Part shown: positions 16,971-25,678 of the stretch, in pieces
How positions within the stretch are numbered: the stretch's first letter is position 1
How the letters are laid out: each line of letters begins with the position of its first letter
Origin: Campylobacterota bacterium
GTDB taxonomy: Bacteria; Campylobacterota; Campylobacteria; Campylobacterales; Thiovulaceae
Direction of reading: 5' to 3'
Length of the DNA stretch: 64,000 nucleotides
Assembly: GCA_030152305.1 (NCBI GenBank)
Contig: JASKOM010000001.1
Location: forward strand, 201,174-265,173
Program-made: the position numbers and the translations under genes
Notes under the pieces: model-generated
What the model was told of the DNA's origin: nothing
Databases searched by the model: none
What the model saw: the letters and a program-made list of their open reading frames with translations, nothing else

Positions 16971-18233
16971 TTAATTAGGCGATGCTATATATCCAGCAAT
17001 AGCACTAGCAGCAGCAACAGCTGAATTCGATAAATAAATTTGAGAACTTCTTGCACCCATTCGACCGACGAAATTTCTATTTGTTGTTGAAATTGCAACT
17101 TCATTATCAGCTAGAATACCCATATAACCGCCTAAACAAGCTCCACAAGTTGGATTACTCACAACGGCTCCAGCATCGATTAAATCTTTAATATAACCTT
17201 TTGACGAAGCCTCTTCGAGAATCTTTTGAGTTGCAGGTGTTACGATCATTCGAGTATGTCTAGCTACTCTTTTGCCTTTGACAATTTTTGATGCAATTTC
17301 AATATCCGATAAACGACCATTTGTGCAACTTCCGATAAATACTTGATCTATTTTTATTTTCGAATTAACAGCTTCAGAAAGTGGATGACCATTTGATGGC
17401 AAATGCGGATAAGCAATAACAGGTTCTAAATTATTAACATCAATTTCAATAATTTTTATATATTTTGCATCAGAATCTGAACTATAAAATTTTGGTTCTC
17501 GAGTTAAATTTTTATCAGCTAAAAATTTTTTCGTTACCTCATCGGCTTCGATAATTCCAGATTTTGCACCTGCTTCAATTGCCATATTACATAAAGCAAA
17601 ACGATTATCCATATCTAAACTTGCAATCGTTGAACCAGTGAATTCAAGGGCTTGATATAAAGCACCATCAACACCGATTAATCTAATTAATTCTAAAATT
17701 AAATCTTTGCCACCGACATGTTTTTTTAATTTGCCATTAAATACAACTTTAATAGTTTCAGGAACTTTAAACCAATTGCCACCTGTAACCATTGCATAAG
17801 CTAAATCAGTTGATCCCATTCCTGTTGCAAAAGCGCCTAATGCTCCGTGTGTGCAAGTATGAGAATCGGCACCAATAATTACATCACCAGGTAAAACAAG
17901 ACCTTTTTCAGGCAAAAGTGCATGTTCAATTCCCATATCTTTTTCATCAAAAAAATATTTTAAATCATGTTCATAAGCAAAATCGCGACTTATTTTTGCC
18001 TGATTTGCCGATGCGATATCTTTTGCGGGAATAAAATGATCTAAAACTATCGAAAAAGCTTCTGGATTTGCTAATCGTTCAGCTCCACTATCTCGAAATG
18101 CTTTAATCGAAAGCGGAGTTGTTATATCGTTTCCGATAACCATATCAATTTGAACTTCGACGATTTCTCCAGCTCGAACAGTTTTTCCTGCATGAGCCGA
18201 GAATATTTTTTCTGTAATCGTTAAACCTGACAT
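16971..18233 (-). CDS. leuC: 3-isopropylmalate/homoaconitate dehydratase large subunit (aconitase family, short LeuC type)
   Basis: 420 aa. Fe-S ligand motifs GADSHTCTHGALGAFATGMG and GSCTNGR, plus NRNFVGRMG. Confidence 0.85.
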   Translation of the reverse strand: MSGLTITEKIFSAHAGKTVRAGEIVEVQIDMVIGNDITTPLSIKAFRDSGAERLANPEAFSIVLDHFIPAKDIASANQAKISRDFAYEHDLKYFFDEKDMGIEHALLPEKGLVLPGDVIIGADSHTCTHGALGAFATGMGSTDLAYAMVTGGNWFKVPETIKVVFNGKLKKHVGGKDLILELIRLIGVDGALYQALEFTGSTIASLDMDNRFALCNMAIEAGAKSGIIEADEVTKKFLADKNLTREPKFYSSDSDAKYIKIIEIDVNNLEPVIAYPHLPSNGHPLSEAVNSKIKIDQVFIGSCTNGRLSDIEIASKIVKGKRVARHTRMIVTPATQKILEEASSKGYIKDLIDAGAVVSNPTCGACLGGYMGILADNEVAISTTNRNFVGRMGARSSQIYLSNSAVAAASAIAGYIASPN

Positions 18234-18251
18234 TTATTTCTCCATAATTAA

Positions 18252-18995
18252 TTACATGTGTAATCCGCCATTAACTTTTAAGGTTTCACCAGTAATATAA
18301 CTAGCTCCATCACTTAAAAGAAAAGCGACTGCTTCAGCAACTTCTCGACCTAAGCCAAATCTTTTTAATGGAATATCTGACATATAGCTATTTTTGACAT
18401 CTTCAGAAAGTGATGAGGTCATATCAGTTTCGATAAATCCTGGAGAAATGACATTAAATCGAACATCACGAGATGCACCTTCGAGGGCGAAGCTTTTTGT
18501 CATCGAAATAACGGCACCTTTAGAAGCGGAATAATTTGTTTGACCGATATTTCCAGTTTCGCCAACGATCGAAGCAATATTAACAACTGAACCGAATCGT
18601 TTTTTGCTCATAATTTTCAAGGCTTCACGGCAACCATAAAAAGTCGAATTTAAGTTGCCACGAATGACACTATTAAAATCTTCGCCTTTCATTCTGATAG
18701 CTAATTTATCATTAGTAATTCCTGCATTATTAACTAAATAGCTTAATTCACCGTCAGATTCGATAATAGTTTTAATGCCAGATATAAAACTTTCTTCATC
18801 ACTTGCATCAAATTTAATAATAGCCGAAGATAATTTTTTATCATTTAATTCGCTATGTAAACGATCAGCTTCAACAAAAGAATTTTTATAATTAATCCAA
18901 ACTTTTAAGCCATAATTAGCAAGAACACGAGCAATTTCAGCACCGATACCGCGACTTGCACCAGTAATTAATACATTTTTTCCAGAAAATTTCAA
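18252..18995 (-). CDS. fabG: 3-oxoacyl-[acyl-carrier-protein] reductase FabG
   Basis: 247 aa SDR. TGASRGIG, NNAG, YSASKGA and the C-terminal GETLKVNGGLHM. Confidence 0.88.
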   Translation of the reverse strand: MKFSGKNVLITGASRGIGAEIARVLANYGLKVWINYKNSFVEADRLHSELNDKKLSSAIIKFDASDEESFISGIKTIIESDGELSYLVNNAGITNDKLAIRMKGEDFNSVIRGNLNSTFYGCREALKIMSKKRFGSVVNIASIVGETGNIGQTNYSASKGAVISMTKSFALEGASRDVRFNVISPGFIETDMTSSLSEDVKNSYMSDIPLKRFGLGREVAEAVAFLLSDGASYITGETLKVNGGLHM

Positions 18996-19027
18996 ATTAT
19001 CTCCAATATAATTTTTATAATATTTAA

Positions 19028-19360
19028 TTAGCTTAAAGCTTCAATTTTATTTTTTAAATTTATCATTTCTTCTTCAAGTCGTTTTTTCTCAAATTTAAGA
19101 GAAGAATGACTTTGTTTAACACCTTTTAGATCGGCTTTAATAGAAATCATCTCTGAAGTCATTAAATCAACATTGCCGAGAGATCTTTGAAGTTGAACTT
19201 GATATTTTCTAATAAGAGTTTCTGCTTCTCTAAGTGTTGTTTTCATGACACTTGTCCCTTTTTGTTCTTTTTCGAGCATATTTTTATAAAATAAAACTTG
19301 TAAAAATAAAAAAAGAGCTGTAAGTGAAACAACAGATAGTAGTGTCCATTCGAGAAACAT
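19028..19360 (-). CDS. hypothetical membrane-anchored coiled-coil protein
   Basis: 110 aa. An N-terminal TM helix followed by heptad-like sequence. Confidence 0.45.
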   Translation of the reverse strand: MFLEWTLLSVVSLTALFLFLQVLFYKNMLEKEQKGTSVMKTTLREAETLIRKYQVQLQRSLGNVDLMTSEMISIKADLKGVKQSHSSLKFEKKRLEEEMINLKNKIEALS

Positions 19361-19372
19361 TTATATAAAAAC

Positions 19373-19885
19373 CTATAATTTTTCGCTAGAGCTTTCGATC
19401 GAGTTAATTTTGATAACTCTTTGTAAGTGGCGACCACCTTCAAATTTCGTCGAATTCCAAGCTGAAATAATAGACTCAACTGTTCCTTCTCCAGTAGTTC
19501 TAGCACCGAAACATAAAATATTGCCATTGTTATGAGCTCGACCCATTTCAGCGGTATAAGCATCATGACAAAGAGTTGCACGAATTCCATTAATTTTATT
19601 AGCAGTTATACTCATGCCGATACCAGTTCCACAGATTAAAATGCCATAAACACCAGTTTCTTGCCAATCTAAATTTTCATTTATATTTCCAGATAATTCC
19701 AAAACTCGTTTAGAAACTTTAACGGCAAAATCAGGATAATCAACTCTTTGACTGTCAAAAGGGCCGAGATCTTCGACATCGTTACCCATTTTTTCTAATA
19801 AATCTTTAACAAAATTTTTCATGATTAATCCAGCATGATCAGTGCCAATTATATATTTCAAAGCATATCTCCTTAATAAATACAT
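19373..19885 (-). CDS. rpiB: ribose-5-phosphate isomerase B
   Basis: GTDHAG near the N-terminus, CGTGIGMSITANK, NILCFGARTTG. The true start may be internal to the 170-aa ORF. Confidence 0.88.
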   Translation of the reverse strand: MYLLRRYALKYIIGTDHAGLIMKNFVKDLLEKMGNDVEDLGPFDSQRVDYPDFAVKVSKRVLELSGNINENLDWQETGVYGILICGTGIGMSITANKINGIRATLCHDAYTAEMGRAHNNGNILCFGARTTGEGTVESIISAWNSTKFEGGRHLQRVIKINSIESSSEKL

Positions 19886-19935
19886 TATATTTTTAAATAT
19901 TAAAACACGAAATTATATCAATCGAATTTGTGGGA

Positions 19936-20949
19936 TTAATATCTTAAAAGTTCTTCGCCTTGTAAAATAACAAAATTATGATCCTGTTTATAATCTTTTG
20001 AAAATTCAACAATGGCTTTTTCAAAGTCAGAATCTAAATTTAATAATTTTCCAACTTTGCGATAAACGCGATTTCTTTTTTTTAAAACTTCGGCAATAGC
20101 AAAAGTCAAAATATATTTAAGAGGTTGTTCAGCATCTTTTGGTGAATAACCTGTTCCGAAACTTCTTTTTTTAAATATAAAAATAGGACTTCCAGTTACA
20201 TCATCTTTTTCGACAACTGAAAATTTCACTCCACCAAGAGTTTGAATCGAAGTAATTGCAACGGCGACATGATCTTTAATTGAAAAACTAGCAAAAAGTT
20301 GAAGTAAAGTTTCGAACTCTTTTTCTATTAAATCTCTAATTGGATTTGTAAAATATAATTTTCCTTCGAGATATTTTTCACATTTCAATGGAACAAATAA
20401 AACCAGACGATTTCTAGTTTCTAGACTTCCTCGAATCGATGCGAAAATATCATATAATTTAGCGGGACTATTAATTTCTTCGTTATAAATGCCACCTTCT
20501 TCTATTAATGCAGGAGTATCAATCGGAATTATTAAAACATCTGATTCTTTGACCCAATCTTTAACTTTTTGTCGTTCAGTTTCAAGATATCCACCAGGAA
20601 AATCTCTAAAAACGATATTTATTCGTTCTCGAGAATCTTCATCTTTGGCAATAAAAAAATCAAATTCTTCGCCATGTTTTGTTCCAGAAATTATAGGTCT
20701 TGTTCTAATTTGATCTGTTGCTATTTGCTGTTTTAATATTGCTAATTTTTTATTTAATCTATTAGAAGTATCATTATCTGGAATAAACTGAAGAGCTATA
20801 TTTTTATCGATTACACGATTAAATTGATCATACATTGCAGTTAAAGTTGATGTTTTACCAACTCCACTATTGCCAAACATAAGAACTTGAACTGTTCGAT
20901 CTTTTTTATCTCGATTGTCTAACACACTACCAATAAGTTTTTTGAACAA
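19936..20949 (-). CDS. P-loop NTPase (GTPase-like) of unknown function
   Basis: 337 aa. Walker A FGNSGVGKTS, DxxG-like FRDFPGG, then VLIIPIDT and LVLFVPLKCEKY. No family assignment possible by eye. Confidence 0.5.
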   Translation of the reverse strand: MFKKLIGSVLDNRDKKDRTVQVLMFGNSGVGKTSTLTAMYDQFNRVIDKNIALQFIPDNDTSNRLNKKLAILKQQIATDQIRTRPIISGTKHGEEFDFFIAKDEDSRERINIVFRDFPGGYLETERQKVKDWVKESDVLIIPIDTPALIEEGGIYNEEINSPAKLYDIFASIRGSLETRNRLVLFVPLKCEKYLEGKLYFTNPIRDLIEKEFETLLQLFASFSIKDHVAVAITSIQTLGGVKFSVVEKDDVTGSPIFIFKKRSFGTGYSPKDAEQPLKYILTFAIAEVLKKRNRVYRKVGKLLNLDSDFEKAIVEFSKDYKQDHNFVILQGEELLRY

Positions 20950-20969
20950 AACAGTCCTCCTATTTTTTA

Positions 20970-21500
20970 TTATAAATAACTATCTTTAAATTTTACATAT
21001 CGTCGAGCTGAAGCATATAATTCGGCTACCTCATCGTTATTTAATTCTCGAATAACTTTAGCGGGAGAACCCATAATTAACGAACGAGGAGGAAATTTTT
21101 TACCTTTTGTAACTAACGAACCTGCTCCAACGATAGATTCGTCACCAATTTCAGCACCATCTAAAATCGTAGCACTCATGCCAATTAAACATGCATTACC
21201 AATTTTACAACCGTGAAGCATAACACGATGACCAACAGTAACATCATCACCAATAACAGTTGGATTACCGTCATCCATTCGTCTTTCGATACTTTTATGA
21301 TGAGTCGTATGAACCATTGATAAATCTTGAATATTAGTTCTATTACCAATAATTATCGAATGAACATCACCACGAATAACAGTTCCAAACCAAATAGCTG
21401 AATCTGTGCCAATTTTTACATCACCGATTACAGTTGAACCTTCAGCGATCCAACTTCGTTCCCCAATTTCTGGAACATAATTTAAATATTTCATAATCAT
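20970..21500 (-). CDS. gamma-class carbonic anhydrase-like / hexapeptide-repeat protein (YrdA/PaaY-like)
   Basis: 176 aa left-handed beta-helix repeats. IGDDVTVGHRVMLHGCKIG, IGMSATILDGAEIG. Confidence 0.8.
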   Translation of the reverse strand: MIMKYLNYVPEIGERSWIAEGSTVIGDVKIGTDSAIWFGTVIRGDVHSIIIGNRTNIQDLSMVHTTHHKSIERRMDDGNPTVIGDDVTVGHRVMLHGCKIGNACLIGMSATILDGAEIGDESIVGAGSLVTKGKKFPPRSLIMGSPAKVIRELNNDEVAELYASARRYVKFKDSYL

Positions 21501-21515
21501 TTTATAAAATCCTTG

Positions 21516-21860
21516 TTAAAAAATACTATCAACAATATTACTTTTATATTTTTGTTGTTCTAATTTAGTTTGAAGAATTGCATTTTGTTCTGCAAGATAA
21601 TTTTTTTCACTTTTTAAGTTAGCGATATCTTTACTTAATTCATAAATTCTATTGCTAAAATGAATTTTAATACCTAAAATAAATACGACTAAAAAAAGTG
21701 CAATAATAGAACCTACGAGAGTTCCCAATGGCAACATATTGTTTCTCTCCATTTCCGCCATGATCTCCTCTAAAATTAATTCTTTTTCGATCTGATTTTG
21801 ATTGGAGATGAGACTGTCCTCATCTGGAATCAGTAAATCTATCTCTATTTTTCCTTTCAT
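21516..21860 (-). CDS. hypothetical single-pass membrane coiled-coil protein
   Basis: 114 aa. A central TM helix (LGTLVGSIIALFLVVFILGI) then coiled coil. Confidence 0.4.
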   Translation of the reverse strand: MKGKIEIDLLIPDEDSLISNQNQIEKELILEEIMAEMERNNMLPLGTLVGSIIALFLVVFILGIKIHFSNRIYELSKDIANLKSEKNYLAEQNAILQTKLEQQKYKSNIVDSIF

Positions 21861-21938
21861 TAGGCTATCTCCAATTTGTTATATTTTAATTTAGTATCCT
21901 GAATTATTATTATCAAGATACTAAACTTTTTAATTAAA

Positions 21939-22823
21939 TCAACCTCCGAAGAAGTTATCTTTTTTGCTTCCTGATGAACTTGAACTTGAGCTTGATGACG
22001 AAGAAGAAGAAGTTGATGGAGAAGATTTTGTTAGATCTGGTTTTGATGATGAGGTCGAACTTTGAGTTGTTGAAGCAGGACTTGAACTAGAAGTAGAAGA
22101 ACTTGATGTTCCACCAAAGAAACTTTGTTTTGTAGCAGGTGTTGCAGTTGCTTTTGTGCTTGTTCCAGAACTTCCCATATTGTTATTATTAGCATTGTTT
22201 GGGTTATTGCCATAATTATTATTAGCATTGTTTGGATTATTGCCATAATTATTATTACCACCGTTTGGATTTGGAGAACCGTGATAACCAGAAGGTGAAT
22301 TATAAGATGATTGTCTAGATTGATAATTTGAATTATTCGAAAGCATATTAGCGGCAACACCACCAAGAAGAGCACCAGCCGCACCAGCTAATAATAATTC
22401 ACCCATTCCGAAACCTTCATCTTCAGCTTTTGGTTGAGCATTTGGCGAAGTCAAATTCGATGTATTATTTTCAACTTTTTTCATTTCAGCTTCAGCAAAC
22501 TGTTTCATTTCAGCTTCGTTCATAACTTTTGTTGTGCCATTTATATCAGTAACAATTGCTTGATTTGGACCAGTTGTTGGAGTTGATTCAACAATTTTAT
22601 ATTGCCCTGGAGCGGTTTCCTGAATTCGTAAAATTTTATTTTCAGCTGGTTTTTGAACTTCAGCTTCTGGCTTTTTTTCTTCTTCAGTAGATGCACAACC
22701 AATACCAAACATGGCAGTTAAAACACTAATCGTAAGTGATCCGATAACTTTTTTTGATTCTTTTGACACGAAATGTTTCATAACAGTTTCCTCTCTAGTT
22801 ATTTTATAAATTTTAGCTTTCAT
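21939..22823 (-). CDS. low-complexity lipoprotein (Asn/Gly/Ser-rich)
   Basis: Lipobox MFGIGCAS (the likely real start is the internal MKHFVSK). The C-terminal half is N/G/S/T low complexity, including NNYGNNPNNAN repeats and poly-Ser. Confidence 0.6.
   Translation of the reverse strand: MKAKIYKITREETVMKHFVSKESKKVIGSLTISVLTAMFGIGCASTEEEKKPEAEVQKPAENKILRIQETAPGQYKIVESTPTTGPNQAIVTDINGTTKVMNEAEMKQFAEAEMKKVENNTSNLTSPNAQPKAEDEGFGMGELLLAGAAGALLGGVAANMLSNNSNYQSRQSSYNSPSGYHGSPNPNGGNNNYGNNPNNANNNYGNNPNNANNNNMGSSGTSTKATATPATKQSFFGGTSSSSTSSSSPASTTQSSTSSSKPDLTKSSPSTSSSSSSSSSSSSSGSKKDNFFGG
22183..22260. repeat. 33-bp tandem repeat (2 full units plus a partial) inside the lipoprotein gene
   Basis: ttattattagcattgtttgg(g/a)ttattgccataa starts at 22183 and again at 22216. 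It encodes the 11-aa NNYGNNPNNAN repeat on the minus strand. Confidence 0.7.
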
Positions 22824-22835
22824 TTTTTTGAATTT

Positions 22836-24953
22836 TTAAGCCTTTTGTAATTCTATCTTTTTACCTTTTACAGACAGAACTTCAACACGAACTTTATCAC
22901 CAACTTTTAAATGATCTTCAATATTAGTAATTCTAGTTTTAGCGATTCTAGAAATATGAATCATGCCATCATGACCCATAGGTAATTCAACAAAAACACC
23001 AAAAGGAGCAATTTGTTTAACGACGACATTATAAAAAGAGCCGACTGGATAAATTTCTTCTGGAGTGCGATCATCACTAAGTCGTCTAATTTGCAATGAA
23101 GCATTTTCAACATCGCGGAATCGTCGCCCGATAATTTTAATATCACCAGTTTCTCGATTAATATCAACTTTGACACTATTAGAATCGATAATAGCTTTTA
23201 TATTTTTGCCACCTTGACCAATAACATCACCGACTTTTGCAGGATTAATTTTTATATTTTCAACTTTAGGCAAGATATCATAATTAACTTCTAACTTAGA
23301 AACAGATTCTTCCATGATATTTAAAATATGACTTCGAGCTTCACGAGCTTGTTCAAGTGCATTTGATAAAATTTCTCGAGAAATACCACCTAATTTAATA
23401 TCCATTTGAAGAGCAGAAATTCCGTTGCGAGTGCCTGTAACTTTAAAGTCCATATCACCGTCATGATCTTCTAAGCCCATAATATCAGTTAAAACAGCAT
23501 ATTTATCGCCTTCAGTAATTAAACCCATGGCAACACCAGAAATTAGTTCTTTTGTTTCAACACCACCAGCTTTAAGTGCAATTGCTCCACCGCAAACTGT
23601 TGCCATCGAAGAAGATCCGTTAGATTCTAAGATTTCAGAAACAAGTCGAACGGTCATTCCGTCGGCATTAACTAAACTAGATTCTAAAGCTCGTTTTGCC
23701 AAATTGCCATGACCTAATTCTCGTCGTCCAACAGCTTTCATTCGAGATGCTTCACCAACTGAAAACCCTGGAAAATTATAATGAACCATAAATTGTTCTT
23801 GTTGTCCAGAAACTTTTGTTAATTCTTCGAACATTTGAGCATCATCACCTGAACCAAGAGTCAAAGTAACAAGAGCTTGAGTTTGTCCTCGAGTAAATAA
23901 ACATGAGCCATGAACTTGAGGCAAAATATTTGTTTCAATTGAAATTGGACGAACATCTCGCAAACCTCGACCGTCAGCTCGTTTGCCAGTTTCAAGAATT
24001 TGAGTTCGCATGATTTTTCGTTTATGTTTTTGCAAAGCTTCGAGAATATCAGACATTTCCCAATTGACATTTATTTCATCAACAGGCATAGATTTAATTT
24101 CTTGACCCAATTTTAATAAAATAGTTGCTCGTTCGCTTTGAGAAAGCTGTTTTAACGAATTTTCTAATTTTTCATGATAATTATTTTCTATAAAAGTCAT
24201 TAAGCCTTCAGGTAATTCATGTAATATTAATTTAATATCTTTTGTTTCACGACCAATTGGTAAAAACAGTTTTTCATATTGAGTATTTTCTAATTTTAAT
24301 TGAGTTTCAGCTAATTCGATAGCTTCAAGTAATTTATTTTCAGGAATGACATTACTATTTTGAATATTTTGATCAAAAGTTGCAACAGCTCTCATTTCGA
24401 TCATTAATAATTCATCTTTTGTTCCAGCAACAAATAAATCAAGAGAACTGTGTTCTCGTTCTAATTTATTTGGATTAATAATAAATTTATTATTGATTCT
24501 ACCAATACGAACAGCAGAAACAGATTTTCTAACAGGTAAACTAGAATTAAAAAGAGAAGCGGAAGCGACTTTAAGGGCTAATGTTTGAAGATCAGCATTT
24601 TCATCAACACTTAAAACCATAATAGTAATTTGAACAGGATAATTAAAACCTTTTGGAAAAAGAGGTCGTAAGGCACGATCAACAACTCGAGAAGTTAAAG
24701 TTTCGAAATCGCTAGGTTTGCCCTCTCGTTTAATAAAACCGCTTGGAATCTTACCAACGGCATATAATTTTTCAACATATTGAACAGTTAAAGGCAAAAA
24801 GTCCTCTTTGGATTCAGCCATTTCATCGACAACAACAGTAGCAAGAATAGCTGTTCCTCCAGATTGAAGAAATGCTGAACCGTCGCTCTGTTTTGCCAAC
24901 TCGTTAATTCTATAATTTTCACTAAATTTATCAAAATTTATATCTATAATCAA
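22836..24953 (-). CDS. pnp: polyribonucleotide nucleotidyltransferase (PNPase)
   Basis: 705 aa. Two RNase PH domains, KH (IGQGGKNIK) and S1 (FGVFVELPMGHDGMIHIS). Confidence 0.95.
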   Translation of the reverse strand: MIIDINFDKFSENYRINELAKQSDGSAFLQSGGTAILATVVVDEMAESKEDFLPLTVQYVEKLYAVGKIPSGFIKREGKPSDFETLTSRVVDRALRPLFPKGFNYPVQITIMVLSVDENADLQTLALKVASASLFNSSLPVRKSVSAVRIGRINNKFIINPNKLEREHSSLDLFVAGTKDELLMIEMRAVATFDQNIQNSNVIPENKLLEAIELAETQLKLENTQYEKLFLPIGRETKDIKLILHELPEGLMTFIENNYHEKLENSLKQLSQSERATILLKLGQEIKSMPVDEINVNWEMSDILEALQKHKRKIMRTQILETGKRADGRGLRDVRPISIETNILPQVHGSCLFTRGQTQALVTLTLGSGDDAQMFEELTKVSGQQEQFMVHYNFPGFSVGEASRMKAVGRRELGHGNLAKRALESSLVNADGMTVRLVSEILESNGSSSMATVCGGAIALKAGGVETKELISGVAMGLITEGDKYAVLTDIMGLEDHDGDMDFKVTGTRNGISALQMDIKLGGISREILSNALEQAREARSHILNIMEESVSKLEVNYDILPKVENIKINPAKVGDVIGQGGKNIKAIIDSNSVKVDINRETGDIKIIGRRFRDVENASLQIRRLSDDRTPEEIYPVGSFYNVVVKQIAPFGVFVELPMGHDGMIHISRIAKTRITNIEDHLKVGDKVRVEVLSVKGKKIELQKA

Positions 24954-24972
24954 TAAAGCTCCTAAACTTATA

Positions 24973-24996
24973 AATATTCAACATACATTGAATATT
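24973..24996 (-). promoter_or_regulatory. perfect 9-bp stem-loop in the pnp 5' leader
   Basis: aatattcaa-catača-ttgaatatt in ASCII is aatattcaa catača; plainly aatattcaa / 6-nt loop cataca / ttgaatatt. It lies between the predicted promoter (25013-25021) and the pnp ATG (24953). Confidence 0.4.
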
Positions 24997-25012
24997 AATA
25001 TCTAAACTTAGA

Positions 25013-25021
25013 ATCTTACCA
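25013..25021 (-). promoter_or_regulatory. extended -10 promoter element for pnp (TGgTAAGAT)
   Basis: The minus strand reads ttttggtaagattc, the same motif as upstream of gatB and acs. Confidence 0.45.
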
Positions 25022-25159
25022 AAATTTTTCAATTGTAATTTTGAACTATTGACATGGTGAAAATAACGATTATTTCACGAAATAATTATTTATTATTTTA
25101 CATTTGTATCTTTCTGATAGAATTTAAATCTCAAACTTAATTATCAAACGGAGAATTCA

Positions 25160-25603
25160 ATGTTTCTATTTTTTGTTTTAATATCTTGCATTCTACAAAG
25201 TGAAGATTTATTTATGACAGAATATGATTATTCTAAAATGTTATATTTTGAACCAAACGGTGTTTCATGTGCATCATGCCATGGTGAAGATGGTAAAAGT
25301 AATCTTGTATTTGAATATGTTGTTTATAATAAAGGCTCATATCAACAAAAGAAAGTTCCTGTAAAACAACTTCAAAATCTGTCATTTGTAGATTTCGTGC
25401 ATGGAGTTCAAGAAAAAAATAGATTTATGCCAATATACAGATTGTCTAAACAAGAATTAACATCAATTTATTATTATATTCAAAAGAAAAATGGTCTTAT
25501 TCTTTCGGCTGATCCTTCTCTTTCAAAGTTTTATAACGAATCTATGCGAAACAAAGAAACAACTTTAGAACCTTCTGAACCTATAAATCGTAAAAAAAAG
25601 TAA
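25160..25603 (+). CDS. c-type cytochrome (single heme)
   Basis: 147 aa. Signal-like N-terminus, heme motif CASCHG, and a distal Met region (RFMPIY). Confidence 0.65.
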   Translation: MFLFFVLISCILQSEDLFMTEYDYSKMLYFEPNGVSCASCHGEDGKSNLVFEYVVYNKGSYQQKKVPVKQLQNLSFVDFVHGVQEKNRFMPIYRLSKQELTSIYYYIQKKNGLILSADPSLSKFYNESMRNKETTLEPSEPINRKKK

Positions 25604-25623
25604 TATTTTTTATCAAAGTTTAG

Positions 25624-25652
25624 CTTGATCGACTCAATTCTTTTGATATAAT
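25624..25652 (+). promoter_or_regulatory. htpG promoter region: CTTGA..GACTCAAT element plus extended -10 TGaTATAAT
   Basis: gcttgatcgactcaattcttttgatataat lies 27 nt upstream of the htpG ATG. GACTCAAT is shared with the clpB promoter. Confidence 0.4.
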
Positions 25653-25678
25653 TCCGCAAATTTTTTATAGGAGTCAAT

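Noticed and set aside
16116-18233. leuC without an adjacent leuD but next to a CitE-like lyase, considered as a novel pathway cluster.
   Set aside because: Gene order for leu genes is often scattered in this kind of genome, and the small subunit may be elsewhere. No sequence evidence links the two genes functionally.
19243-19590. 115-aa minus-strand ORF overlapping both rpiB and the 110-aa coiled-coil ORF.
   Set aside because: It overlaps the well-supported rpiB frame and has no independent support. Treated as spurious.
22183-22260. Tandem repeats considered as a possible mini-CRISPR or regulatory array.
   Set aside because: Units are contiguous with no spacers, in frame and inside a CDS. 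No CRISPR-like repeat-spacer structure was seen anywhere in the window.
22031-22384. 117-aa ORF in an alternative frame of the low-complexity lipoprotein gene.
   Set aside because: It is an artefact of repetitive AT-rich codons. The lipoprotein frame has the signal peptide and lipobox.
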